This document shows positions 27,709-37,392 of a stretch of DNA of 64,000 nucleotides, one piece after another; the first letter of the stretch is position 1, and every line of letters starts with the position of its first letter. The notes beneath the pieces are model-generated. The model worked only from the letters and a program-made list of their open reading frames with translations, made no database searches and was not told the origin of the DNA. Source of the stretch: a phage; assembly GCA_011839185.1 (NCBI GenBank), contig GCA_011839185.1_3918.1; one strand, 5' to 3'. Made by a program: the position numbers and the translations under genes.

Positions 27709-28482
27709 TCGACGCAACGGGGCTAAATAGCCCCAGATACCTTAAAAGCTCCTTCTCATAGGGGCTTTTTTACGTCTATAAAGAATCCTTTCCCTTTCCT
27801 TTCCAGAATCTACCCCACTGATTCGATAGAGTCTATCTCATACCTTAAAAAGCAATAACTCTATAGTCTATTCTATAGCCCCTTATCAAATCAACTTAAA
27901 TAAAAGCCAATAACCCCAGAAAGGGGATGGCCCATTTAAACGCTCTATAAAGCTCTATAACAGCCTTATCAACCTAACTTAAGGGATTGCATTAACCCAC
28001 TCTAAAAAGCCCTTTATAAAGCTTCCTATAGCCTTAAAAGAATCTTATAAGGTGTAAGCTTTATCATCTCGTTAGTTTCTTGTGAATATCTAAAAAGGGC
28101 TTGTTAGTGTCTTAAAAGTATGTTATAGGGGCTTAAAAGTAGCTTAAAAGCTATGTGAAAGAGGCTATAAAGTTACGTAAATGCTAGCCCCCTTAACATT
28201 TTCTTAACAATTTCTTAACAAACCCTACATAGTTATGCTTGTTAGAGACTTGTTAGCCCCTTGTTAAATCTCTGTTAAAACCACGTAAAAGGCTTGTAAG
28301 AACCTTTGGCATAGCCTTAAAAGCTCCTGTAAAGCCCTATAAAGAGCTATCCATACAGTTGAGGGGTAAATACTAGGAAGAGGCTTAAAAGAGCTTACAA
28401 GGAGCTATAGAGAGCTTTTAAGAGGCATGTTTAAGGAATCACTAAGAAAGGAAAGGGAACGATAAGGAAGAGATAGTGACCA

Positions 28483-28757
28483 TGTTAATAGCTTGTTAAA
28501 AAGATTAAACACTTGTTAGAAACTTGTTAATTATCTTAACAAAATAACCCTTTAAAATTAACTTGTTAGCTCTTGTTAGTCATCTGTTAAGATTCTGTAA
28601 AGCCTATTCAGCACTTGTTAGAAAACTGTTACAGTCTTGTTAGTTCTGTTAAGAATCTGTTAAGACCTTTGAAGAGTTGTTAAGAAGATGTAAGGACTGT
28701 TAAGAGATTGTTAAGGATATTTTAAAATTTTGCAAAGTACTTGTAAGGGAGTTGTTA
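28483..28757 (+). repeat. helically phased array of at least 16 TGTTA(A/G) words
   Basis: TGTTA at 28483, 28494, 28514, 28524, 28564, 28574, 28585, 28615, 28627, 28638, 28648, 28658, 28678, 28698, 28709, 28753; spacings are multiples of 10-11 bp. Confidence 0.65.
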
Positions 28758-29317
28758 AGGGCTACCAAGCAGATATACATCTTCTACAGATATTTTTCAG
28801 TTCCTTCAAAGACCCTAAAAAATGACTTGATAGTCCTATTTTATAAAAATTTTAAAATTCTGAATAATTACCTATACAGTCTTTTAAAAATACAGGTAGA
28901 AACAGGCTTATAAGATACCTTGTTAGTACCGTGTTAGACCTTGTGAGATAAGGTCTGTAAAGATATTACTGTTAAGTTTGTTAAAACAGTCTATATAGAG
29001 GCTTAGTATTTCCTAGTGAACATCTATAGAGAGTCACATAGCTGACATAGAGATTAAGAGGTGTATAGGAGCTTCTAAGAAGGTGTAGAGAGATGGTTAA
29101 GGTGATTGTATAGGTTGTTAAGAAGGCTTGTTAGAGGGCTTGTTAGAAGGGTTATACAGAGGGGCTATTAAGACCACTAGATAGTTACTAAGATACTATA
29201 TAGTACTATATAACTATATAGAGAGTAAGATTAAGAAGGTTGTTAAGAAGGGTAGATATTTTATTCACATATGATGGTGACCCAGAGGTTGGGACAACCG
29301 ATAAATTTTATAAAAAT

Positions 29318-29345
29318 TAAAAAGCCCCCGATTAAGGAGGCTCTT
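29318..29345 (-). terminator. terminator-like hairpin for the minus-strand block
   Basis: on the minus strand AGCCTCC-TTAATC-GGGGGCT followed by TTTTT. Confidence 0.4.
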
Positions 29346-29353
29346 AAGATATT

Positions 29354-29947
29354 TTAAATCAGTGTTTCCAGAACTGTTTTTAATGATGACTTAGTTGTCT
29401 GATAAAAATGAGTGAATCCGTTGTTGTTATCGAATATCTGCATCATGATATCATCTCCCTTGATTGGATACACTCGGATATCATAGTGAAACCCATTAAA
29501 GACAGCAGAACCATTACAGAACACACTAAAATCACTTGCTGAGATATACTCTTCATGACCTGTGATTTTTATACAGATACCCTTACTTGGTCTCTTAGGG
29601 TTGATATCCTCCATCACAGACATACTCTGTCCACCAAGAGATACCATAGTGACCACTTTACGGTTCTTCTGTTTAAAGTACATCTTAACTTTCTGCAAAG
29701 TGTCTTCATAGAACGGATAAGACTTCTCTACAAAGATTCCTTCTAATGGCTCTTTACCATTTTCAACCTCTCTGTTGTGTCGTACTGCAAAGGTAATTTG
29801 TTCGAACCAGTCAAGATTTTCTTCGGAGAGTGCTTCTCGAATATCATTCGAGTCAAGGACTAGGTAGTTACCTTCAACCTCTTTTAAGTTATCTTTTTCC
29901 ATAGCTATCACACCATTATCGTAAAACTTGGTAAGCTGGTACTGCAA
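29354..29947 (-). CDS. hypothetical protein
   Basis: ORF track 197 aa. Confidence 0.5.
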   Translation of the reverse strand: MQYQLTKFYDNGVIAMEKDNLKEVEGNYLVLDSNDIREALSEENLDWFEQITFAVRHNREVENGKEPLEGIFVEKSYPFYEDTLQKVKMYFKQKNRKVVTMVSLGGQSMSVMEDINPKRPSKGICIKITGHEEYISASDFSVFCNGSAVFNGFHYDIRVYPIKGDDIMMQIFDNNNGFTHFYQTTKSSLKTVLETLI

Positions 29948-30380
29948 ACTTGTTGCTATTGTTCCTAATAAGGTCTTCTTCTGTTACTAAGAATGTAATC
30001 CCACATAAGTGCGTATAGTGGCTGTCATACTCGAATATTTTAAGTAAGTATTTACCATCATGATAAACAGATTCTACTACACCTTTTGCAACAATCTTTC
30101 CAGTCTTGAAGTCTTTAAGAGGGTATGTATTACCAACTTTAGGGACTGTTTTCACTTCAGGTTCTTTTAGCTTCTCACTAGCTTCTACATCACCTAGTAA
30201 GTTAGAACTTTCAAAAGCTCTGAATCTCATATAAGCTTCTGAACATTCCCAGATAAAACAATGTACAAGAACCTTAGCAGCATGTCTTGAGCAATTCAAC
30301 TCATCACAGATTTCTTTGTACATCTCATCTTTAGTTGAGTTGTTAAGCATTGCTTTTTGAACTACTTCTTTAATTTTCAT
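29916..30380 (-). CDS. hypothetical protein
   Basis: ORF track 154 aa. Confidence 0.5.
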   Translation of the reverse strand: MKIKEVVQKAMLNNSTKDEMYKEICDELNCSRHAAKVLVHCFIWECSEAYMRFRAFESSNLLGDVEASEKLKEPEVKTVPKVGNTYPLKDFKTGKIVAKGVVESVYHDGKYLLKIFEYDSHYTHLCGITFLVTEEDLIRNNSNKFAVPAYQVLR

Positions 30381-30798
30381 AAGCTCTCCGAATAACCCTA
30401 TTAAGCATCTCTAAAGTCAGCTTTCCAGACTCTAAATGTGGCATAACAAGCTTTAAAGCTTTTTCAACATCATGCACAACATCTATTATACCTTCTTCAT
30501 AGGCTTCTACAAGGATATCTTTTACGTTTTGTTGGTTATCTTTTTGTGGTATTGCTAGACGCATATCAAACTCATTTGCTTGAGGGTGGTCACTACCATG
30601 CCAGTAACCATCTTTGTTAAAGCTGATGTAGTCACCGTGGTAAAAGTGTACACCATTAGCTTTAAACTTCTCCAGCACAAGGCATTGAATTGGGTATTCA
30701 GTATTCCACTCCCTGACTCCTATAACCTTCACTGTTGCGATGTACTCCTGTGTTTTTGCATCTACGATGTCAAGTTCTTGACCAGCTATGATTTGCAT
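30370..30798 (-). CDS. hypothetical protein
   Basis: ORF track 142 aa. Confidence 0.5.
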   Translation of the reverse strand: MQIIAGQELDIVDAKTQEYIATVKVIGVREWNTEYPIQCLVLEKFKANGVHFYHGDYISFNKDGYWHGSDHPQANEFDMRLAIPQKDNQQNVKDILVEAYEEGIIDVVHDVEKALKLVMPHLESGKLTLEMLNRVIRRAYEN

Positions 30799-30851
30799 AT
30801 TCGCTACCTTCTAAGTTCTACAAAGGGGCTATCAAGTAACCCCTCAAGCTA

Positions 30852-31076
30852 CTACTCAGACTTTTCAGTCTTCTTATCGGATTTCTTACTAGTCTTCTTC
30901 TCAGCTTTCTGTTCAGGTTCCTTCTCAGAAGTTGCCTTGATAACCATATCAAGAAGCTCTGATAAGTCACTCTTCAGCAAAGTAACAGGTTGCTCATTGT
31001 AGAAGTTTTTGTCAAGATAGACTTTGAACTCTTCAATAGATGGAAATCCAAAAATTGGTACAGGTGTCTTAATCAT
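30852..31076 (-). CDS. small protein with Lys-rich C-terminus
   Basis: ORF track 74 aa. Confidence 0.4.
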   Translation of the reverse strand: MIKTPVPIFGFPSIEEFKVYLDKNFYNEQPVTLLKSDLSELLDMVIKATSEKEPEQKAEKKTSKKSDKKTEKSE

Positions 31077-31152
31077 TACTTAGTTTCTCCATAAGCATCT
31101 TTCAAGATTGCCTTGTTAATCATTTCAGCGATTGCAAAACGAACACATACAG

Positions 31153-31656
31153 CTATAATTGTAGGTTGCATTCTTTACTTACCTCTTCAAGTTTAACCTC
31201 AGAGTCCTTAAGTCGTTTCTTATGAACTCTGAATCTTATTAGTGAGATGATGATACCAGCTAAAGGAACAGCATACAAGTACCAGATATCATGTAGCTTT
31301 GCAGTAATCTGTGTAATTGTCAAATCTTGAGCTATGTAGCTGATTGCTGATACTGCTAGTAATGTTGCTAAGAAAAACACTAGTATCATTGCAATATTCA
31401 TACAACCTCTTGCATGGTACTCATGCTTAATACACTTATTCTTTTCGTCAACAACCCTGTTGTAGTCATTTGTAAAGTCTCTGTAGAAAGCTTTCAAGTA
31501 TTCTTTATTGTAGCCTTCAAAGCAACCTGTACCGTACCAATAATCACCACCAAAATGTGCTATGATACCAGTATCTCCGTTTGGTTTGGTTACTCTTAGA
31601 GAGACATGATGACCAGTCTTCTGGTAATCTATCTTATATCTTTCTTCGTAAATCAT
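31153..31656 (-). CDS. membrane protein (two predicted C-terminal TM segments)
   Basis: 167 aa with hydrophobic stretches MILVFFLATLLAVSAI and YAVPLAGIIISLI. Confidence 0.5.
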   Translation of the reverse strand: MIYEERYKIDYQKTGHHVSLRVTKPNGDTGIIAHFGGDYWYGTGCFEGYNKEYLKAFYRDFTNDYNRVVDEKNKCIKHEYHARGCMNIAMILVFFLATLLAVSAISYIAQDLTITQITAKLHDIWYLYAVPLAGIIISLIRFRVHKKRLKDSEVKLEEVSKECNLQL

Positions 31657-31871
31657 TTTTCAACCCCTCTCAATCTCTTGTTCCATTCAAGGTCAACAAA
31701 TCTTTGCAGAACTTTTCCTCTAGGTGTTACACCTTTTAAATCTGCATCGTAACAATGGTAAAAGTCACCTTCAGCGTGTTTACCATAGCATTTTCTGATA
31801 TTCTGGCTTCTGCGATACTGTTCTAACAAGGACAGTTTGTAGTAATCTTCAACTGTAGTTAGTTTTTTCAT
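31653..31871 (-). CDS. hypothetical protein
   Basis: ORF track 72 aa. Confidence 0.4.
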   Translation of the reverse strand: MKKLTTVEDYYKLSLLEQYRRSQNIRKCYGKHAEGDFYHCYDADLKGVTPRGKVLQRFVDLEWNKRLRGVEK

Positions 31872-31955
31872 TCTTTCACCACGTATCTTCTCAAGAAACT
31901 AAAAAAGGGAACTACCTCTCGATAGCCCCCATCATAGTTAATGTTGTATATTCGG

Positions 31956-32537
31956 TCAAGAGTATTTTTTAGGCAGTAATGCACTGCGCTTATTGCTCTC
32001 TTCACTCAATAGTGCGATAAATTCATCACCTTTACCCTTCCACGGGCTGAATGTCGGAATGTGCTCTCTGATAGCATCAATCACTGTTTTAAGGGCGTTG
32101 TTTTTTAACCACCAATCAGACACTGCTGAGGCTACAATATAATAAGCACCATCATCTGTGAAGATTGGCTCAGAGATACATGGTGAAATCATAGTGGTGA
32201 TGATAGAGCCGTTATTCATGTAATATGTTCTTTTTTCAACCTTATCAAGAAGTTTATGTAGGTCTGCAAAGAGACTCACAACCTCTTTATGGTCAATATC
32301 TTTTTCAAGATTTGCTCTGTATTTCAGCAGTGCAGCATCGACCTCTTTGTCATTGAATTTGAAGTATTGAACTTCTTCATTCACACATACACTGATGTTG
32401 TTGGTGTTTATCGTCAATTTGCACAGTTTGACTGGAGAGTTAATGTTGGTCTGAAAAAGTGCTACACAGCCTTCTACATTCCCGAAATGTTTGACTAATG
32501 TAACTTCTGGTTGGATGTGCTCATGTTCTTCTGACAT
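31956..32537 (-). CDS. hypothetical protein
   Basis: ORF track 193 aa. Confidence 0.5.
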   Translation of the reverse strand: MSEEHEHIQPEVTLVKHFGNVEGCVALFQTNINSPVKLCKLTINTNNISVCVNEEVQYFKFNDKEVDAALLKYRANLEKDIDHKEVVSLFADLHKLLDKVEKRTYYMNNGSIITTMISPCISEPIFTDDGAYYIVASAVSDWWLKNNALKTVIDAIREHIPTFSPWKGKGDEFIALLSEESNKRSALLPKKYS

Positions 32538-32881
32538 TATAGTTTCCTCATTAAATACTTTTTAAGTTGTGTGTTAGGTTTCTCAAAAACTTCTATAGAA
32601 GATATCTTGACAGACTCACCACGCATACCTGTATGTTTAAATATGTAATACTCTAACATCCCTATGTACTTTGCTGGTAAGTCATGTTTGACATACACTG
32701 TTACAGAATCTTCAAATTCAACAACCTTTGTACCATCCTTGTAGTTAAACTCTCTAGGGTGGTTGTAGTTATCAATGTCATACATTAAAAAGAGTCTTTT
32801 CCGTTGCATGTCAAGCTTATTGGTTAAAGACTCTTTAATATCTGAGAAGTTTTTGTACACTGTGACATGGAGCTTACTCAT
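32537..32881 (-). CDS. hypothetical protein
   Basis: ORF track 114 aa. Confidence 0.45.
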   Translation of the reverse strand: MSKLHVTVYKNFSDIKESLTNKLDMQRKRLFLMYDIDNYNHPREFNYKDGTKVVEFEDSVTVYVKHDLPAKYIGMLEYYIFKHTGMRGESVKISSIEVFEKPNTQLKKYLMRKL

Positions 32882-33167
32882 CGTTAAACTCTCTGACGAA
32901 GAAATAGTTGACTTTATTATTACCTACCATAAGGTCAAAGCAGGTATTCTCAAAAGGTTTGTTGTAGGCATCGTATGAAGTGTACGTATCAGCTACTTGT
33001 TTAGTATTGAGCTTTTTACTTGATGGGTTTAAGAGGCCACCATACAGTTTCTTGATAGCCTCTTCTACAACAGACCAGATGATTTCGTCAGTAATTTCTT
33101 CGTACAGGTCAAGTTCACGCTCTAGTGAGAAGTCACAAATAGGGAAGATAACCTGTACTTTGCTCAT
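32874..33167 (-). CDS. hypothetical protein
   Basis: ORF track 97 aa. Confidence 0.45.
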   Translation of the reverse strand: MSKVQVIFPICDFSLERELDLYEEITDEIIWSVVEEAIKKLYGGLLNPSSKKLNTKQVADTYTSYDAYNKPFENTCFDLMVGNNKVNYFFVREFNDE

Positions 33168-33562
33168 TAACGAATAACCTGTGAAACTTGAATTGCTTCA
33201 GTTACAGACAAATCACCAACTTTCTCTTCTTTGATGAAAGTAAAGGTGAGTTCAACAGGTTCTTGCTCTTCTTGCTCAACTGGAATACCGTTAAGCTCAT
33301 CAAAGATTGATTGGGTAGTCCAGTCTTCTCCACCATCTGGATAGTGGATGGCATAAAGAGGAAACTCTAAATTATACCAAGCAAAAACAGGACAACCGTC
33401 TGCATCATCTCGGCATCTGTGGAGGTACGTATTTGTACCTTCAAAATGCAAATGAAGATTGCCATTCTTCTCAAAGAGAAGAGCATCTCGCAGGTCTAGT
33501 TCCTCATTTTCGCTGTAACGACTGACATCAACTTTAACGTGGATATGACTGTTATTATTCAT
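33167..33562 (-). CDS. hypothetical acidic protein
   Basis: ORF track 131 aa. Confidence 0.45.
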   Translation of the reverse strand: MNNNSHIHVKVDVSRYSENEELDLRDALLFEKNGNLHLHFEGTNTYLHRCRDDADGCPVFAWYNLEFPLYAIHYPDGGEDWTTQSIFDELNGIPVEQEEQEPVELTFTFIKEEKVGDLSVTEAIQVSQVIR

Positions 33563-33953
33563 AAAAACCTCTCTCTGCTTGTTCGATTTTTGCTCTTAAA
33601 GTTTCGCAATGCTGTAAATGGTAGTTAGCTTCTTGTTCATGTGTTGCTAACTGCCTTTCAAGAACAGTTTTATAGTAACCTGCAAGTTGCTCTTTTGTCA
33701 ATGGGTGCTCTGAAATAATATCAAGTCCACTTTCACCAAGAGGATTGAATTGTCCATGCTCATTGACATTGTAAGTCTCAAACTTGAACATACCATTGTT
33801 CACAGACTCAATAGGTGACAGTTCAACAAGCTCTACAGTAAACCGTGTATACACCTTGTCGCCTCTTGAAACTACATTGTTTCCAATGATGCGTACAAGC
33901 GAACCATTACGAGTGTATTTAAAAGTCCCAAAATCACTAGCCCAAAGCTTCAT
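33555..33953 (-). CDS. hypothetical protein
   Basis: ORF track 132 aa. Confidence 0.45.
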   Translation of the reverse strand: MKLWASDFGTFKYTRNGSLVRIIGNNVVSRGDKVYTRFTVELVELSPIESVNNGMFKFETYNVNEHGQFNPLGESGLDIISEHPLTKEQLAGYYKTVLERQLATHEQEANYHLQHCETLRAKIEQAERGFYE

Positions 33954-33971
33954 AGTTTTCTCCTTAGAAAA

Positions 33972-33994
33972 TAAAAAAGGCTCCCGAAGGAGCC
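33972..33994 (-). terminator. rho-independent terminator downstream of the endolysin gene
   Basis: on the minus strand GGCTCC-TTCG-GGAGCC followed by TTTTTT. Confidence 0.6.
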
Positions 33995-34004
33995 TATGAA
34001 GATA

Positions 34005-34469
34005 TTACTTTGGATATACACTGTCAAGATAAATGTCAGCTTCCATTCTACGTCTGTTTTTCAGACCGTTTGAAGTGACCTTCTTACCTTTGACTGTAAC
34101 CTTGTTCCACCACTGCATAGCTTCTGCACAACCTACCTTATTACCAGCATTGTGGCGCTTGATAAATGTGGAATCCTGCATAGCTGTGATACCGATGTTG
34201 TATGTTTCACTTACAAGTGCATCGAACTCATTCTGAGTAGTTGGAACCTTGATAGCTTTGTTCACTGCTGCAACAAACTTCTCAACATCCGCGAGAAGAT
34301 ACTGTTCAGCTTGTTCAGCGGTGATTTTCATTCCCATCTTAACAGGTTTTCCGTCAATACGGATTGTACCATACCCGATTGTTGGGATTCCGGCAGAGTC
34401 TTCGTAAGCCTCTAACTCCAGACCTTCGAAGAACTTAATAGCTTCTAAACCTTTTCTTGAGAGTTGCAT
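34005..34469 (-). CDS. endolysin, phage lysozyme (glycoside hydrolase family 24 type)
   Basis: 154 aa; LEAYEDSAGIPTIGYG and NEFDALVSETYNIG motifs typical of T4/P22-type lysozymes. Confidence 0.85.
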   Translation of the reverse strand: MQLSRKGLEAIKFFEGLELEAYEDSAGIPTIGYGTIRIDGKPVKMGMKITAEQAEQYLLADVEKFVAAVNKAIKVPTTQNEFDALVSETYNIGITAMQDSTFIKRHNAGNKVGCAEAMQWWNKVTVKGKKVTSNGLKNRRRMEADIYLDSVYPK

Positions 34470-35353
34470 TATGCCTCCCCTGCTGGGTTAACAGTAACTG
34501 TTGCAGCATTAGACGTTACAGAACCACCTGCACCAGTAACTACACAGGTGTAGCTTCCTGCATCAGCAGCGGTTGCACCTTCTTTGGTGTAAGTTGCAGT
34601 AGTTGCATCGAGGATGTCTTCCTCACCTTTCTTCCATTGGTAACCTGTCGCACCTGTTGCCACAACATTCAGCGTTAAGGTCTCACCTTCAGTGATTTCT
34701 TGATTTGCTGGCTGTTGAGTGATTACTGGAAGTGCATTCACAGTAACTGTTGCTGCATCTGAGGTAACACTTGTTCCACCCTCTCCAGATACAACACAAG
34801 TGTATGAACCAGCGTCAGAAGGTGCTACTGACTGTTTTGTGTAAGTTGCAGAATTGGCACTAGGGATGTCCTCACCATCCTTTTTCCATTGATATCCAGT
34901 GGCATTAGTTGCAATAACGCTTAGGGTAAGTGTACCCCCTTCATTTACTGTTTGATTGGTTGGTTGCTGAGTGATTGATGGTGGTGTGATGACATCTTTC
35001 AACTTAGCATTCAACATTGAGAACGGCTTAACTCTTGCCAACCATTCACAGTAAATTGTGTCAACATCTTTACCATTGATGATTGCATACTGCAAATCCA
35101 TGAAGAAATCAGCAGTTCTCATCTGTGCACCAACACTGTAAAGCAATTCATCACTAAATGGAACTTTGTAGTCTGGTTTGTAGTCAAACTTCTCAACTTC
35201 TGCAATATCAGCTTCAGGCCAATATGAACTATAGGTAAGTGGTAAAATAGCCTCTTGATATGTTCTAAAATCATATCTCTTACCAGCCTTTACGTTTGCA
35301 ATGAAGCCCTTCACAAACTCTTTAAAGTCTGGGTAAGTCTTTGCTTTAATCAT
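34469..35353 (-). CDS. protein with two tandem C-terminal Ig-like domains
   Basis: 294 aa; duplicated ~85-aa segment each with DAGSYTCVV and GYQWKK motifs; N-terminal ~100 aa paralogous to the upstream gene. Confidence 0.6.
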   Translation of the reverse strand: MIKAKTYPDFKEFVKGFIANVKAGKRYDFRTYQEAILPLTYSSYWPEADIAEVEKFDYKPDYKVPFSDELLYSVGAQMRTADFFMDLQYAIINGKDVDTIYCEWLARVKPFSMLNAKLKDVITPPSITQQPTNQTVNEGGTLTLSVIATNATGYQWKKDGEDIPSANSATYTKQSVAPSDAGSYTCVVSGEGGTSVTSDAATVTVNALPVITQQPANQEITEGETLTLNVVATGATGYQWKKGEEDILDATTATYTKEGATAADAGSYTCVVTGAGGSVTSNAATVTVNPAGEA

Positions 35354-35721
35354 TTCTTTTTAGCCTCTAAATGTGCGTTTAGTCTAAAATAACCTTTGTG
35401 GTGTGGAGATACATCACCAACAACAATGCCTTTAACCTTATAACCTTTACCAATTACATACTGAATATCCATAAGGAATCTCCCAAGACCAACAATATGG
35501 AACATTGGATATAATAGGTTCTCAGAGTCTGGAATATTGATTTCAGGTTTGTAGGTGTGTTGTTTGCTTGTTGGTGTAATATCTTCTTCAGGCCATTTAC
35601 TGAGTCTCCATGTCAAAGGTGTTGGGATAACATCATTAAGGTTGTACCTTTCACCATTTTGCACGGAATTGATATAGGATTGTAGGAAGCAATAAAAGTC
35701 TTTTGCACTCTTAGCTTTCAT
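35350..35721 (-). CDS. hypothetical protein, paralog of the N-terminal domain of the Ig-like protein
   Basis: 123 aa; shared YKP, LLY and FLMD(I/L)QY(V/A)I segments with 34469..35353. Confidence 0.5.
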   Translation of the reverse strand: MKAKSAKDFYCFLQSYINSVQNGERYNLNDVIPTPLTWRLSKWPEEDITPTSKQHTYKPEINIPDSENLLYPMFHIVGLGRFLMDIQYVIGKGYKVKGIVVGDVSPHHKGYFRLNAHLEAKKK

Positions 35722-35768
35722 TAAATATCCTTATAAATAGTTAAAGGGGCTGATGCCCCTATTCACAC

Positions 35769-36359
35769 TTAAGCTTTGGTCTTAAGTAGGTTTTTAAGTT
35801 TTTTAAGATTCATACTCTCATCAAACTTAAAACCAAATCCATTGACATAATCAATGAACTCGGATTTCTTACTGAGTGACAATGCGTAACTCATATCGAA
35901 GTTCTTACTTGTTTCTGCGTCTGGACTAGAGTTCACATCAAATGAAATTTCTGTAGGTTCTTGCTTACTTTTTCTCATATTATCAACCAACAAACATGTA
36001 TAGTTTGCTGGATAGAAGTTTACACTACCATCAACGTAGCTGTACTTATTATTATGGATAAGGTTTGAAAATACCTTAAGAAATGTTTCTGAGTCGTGGC
36101 AAACAAGTTTGAATTGGCTGCTCTCTCCAAGCGCAACTAATGAGTACGGACTTTCACTATCAAAGTCATAATTTGGATTCGATGGCGTCACTGTTACACG
36201 CATCAAGTTATTAGCGATAGTCTTCTGTTTAAAAGAATTTTGAACATAGTGAAGACCTCTATCACACTGATTGACTAGCTCTTTAAGTAGGTCATTTGCA
36301 TATGGTGAATTAATTGATACAGAGCCATCACTATTGTAATTAAAACTTACTGTTAACAT
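35769..36359 (-). CDS. hypothetical protein
   Basis: ORF track 196 aa. Confidence 0.5.
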   Translation of the reverse strand: MLTVSFNYNSDGSVSINSPYANDLLKELVNQCDRGLHYVQNSFKQKTIANNLMRVTVTPSNPNYDFDSESPYSLVALGESSQFKLVCHDSETFLKVFSNLIHNNKYSYVDGSVNFYPANYTCLLVDNMRKSKQEPTEISFDVNSSPDAETSKNFDMSYALSLSKKSEFIDYVNGFGFKFDESMNLKKLKNLLKTKA

Positions 36360-36586
36360 TTTTCAGTTCTCCTGCGATTTATAATTTTGCTGCAATAGAG
36401 AAACGAAGTAAACTCACTGGAAGAAACCATTAAGTGTTGTTCACTAGATTGAGCCATTGCCCTGAAATACATTCCAGTCAAAGCATCATAGTGACTATTC
36501 TTTCCAATTGAGGTTATATAGCCATGACTCTTTGCAGTTTGATATAAATCTATAATATCTGCGATTTCTAATTGGGAACTACACAT
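36353..36586 (-). CDS. hypothetical protein
   Basis: ORF track 77 aa. Confidence 0.4.
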   Translation of the reverse strand: MCSSQLEIADIIDLYQTAKSHGYITSIGKNSHYDALTGMYFRAMAQSSEQHLMVSSSEFTSFLYCSKIINRRRTEKC

Positions 36587-36750
36587 AGATAATCCTCTTG
36601 TCTTCTGTAATTTTGAAAGAACAGGTACAGACCAATTTCAGAGGATGAATAGTAGATTAACTCTACCCTTTTTGATTCCTTACAGTGATTGGTATTCTTA
36701 CCTTTCTTCGGTTTATTTGATTTTCTCATTAAGTCTCCTTTGTAGAACAA
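36568..36750 (-). CDS. small basic protein
   Basis: ORF track 60 aa; first gene of the minus-strand block. Confidence 0.35.
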   Translation of the reverse strand: MFYKGDLMRKSNKPKKGKNTNHCKESKRVELIYYSSSEIGLYLFFQNYRRQEDYLCVVPN

Positions 36751-36978
36751 GGCAGACCTACAGCTTTAACTAAGATGGTACAGTAATCCATACAACAAGT
36801 CAAGAACTATTGCAAGTTAAAAAAGTTGTTGACAAAGTACTTGACAAGGTGTAGGCTTATAAATACTTAGAAGATAACTTAAAAGGTTCCTCTAAAAAGG
36901 CTATTTAAACAGATATCTTTCTGGATATCTATCTTTTATCTTAAAAGCCTTTTAAGAGGTCTTATAAGAGGCATACCA
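36751..36978. promoter_or_regulatory. divergent promoter region between minus- and plus-strand blocks
   Basis: two TTGACA hexamers (36829, 36841) and TATAAAT (36858-36864) in an AT-rich intergenic region. Confidence 0.4.
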
Positions 36979-37350
36979 ATGAAAAACAGAACAAACAAAG
37001 GCCAGTTTAAAAAAGGCCAGTCTGGAAACCCATCTGGAAGACCAAAAGGCTCTCGTAACAAAAGCTCACTTGTAAAAGCTCAACTGACCATTGATAATTC
37101 TGCTGAGTTTGCTGCAAAGTTGTTTGAAGCAATTGTTACAAGGGATGCTGCTAAGCTTGCAGAGTTCGGGTTAAACACAGACGACGTAACCATCAAGAGC
37201 ATGATTGAGGTCGGTAAAACTATCATGACTCACTCAGCAGGTGAGATGAAAGCCATTGCAGCAGACACTAAGAAGACTCCTGATAATGGTGGTCAGTCTC
37301 AGACAGATAACAAACCAACGTTCTCTGCTGTAGCGACTCTTAAAAAATAA
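36979..37350 (+). CDS. hypothetical protein with basic N-terminal KGQSGNPSGRPKG motif
   Basis: ORF track 123 aa. Confidence 0.5.
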   Translation: MKNRTNKGQFKKGQSGNPSGRPKGSRNKSSLVKAQLTIDNSAEFAAKLFEAIVTRDAAKLAEFGLNTDDVTIKSMIEVGKTIMTHSAGEMKAIAADTKKTPDNGGQSQTDNKPTFSAVATLKK

Positions 37351-37362
37351 TTTTAAAAGATG

Positions 37363-37392
37363 TTGACAGACTCTACAAAGTTGCTCTAAAGT
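37363..37392 (+). promoter_or_regulatory. sigma70-like promoter
   Basis: TTGACA, 18-nt spacer, TAAAGT. Confidence 0.5.

Larger units (their letters stand above)
27709..29353. repeat. 1.6 kb ORF-free, stop-codon-dense region of short degenerate word repeats between converging transcription units
   Basis: no ORF of 60 aa or more on either strand; recurring CTTAAAAG, CTATAAAG, TGTTAAG/TGTTAGA and TATAGAG words; fragments resembling the early-gene cassette. Confidence 0.7.

Noticed and set aside
29555-34415. Short + strand ORFs (60-140 aa) inside the minus-strand gene block
   Set aside because: Each is antisense to a longer minus-strand ORF in a compact co-oriented operon; no promoters or RBSs.
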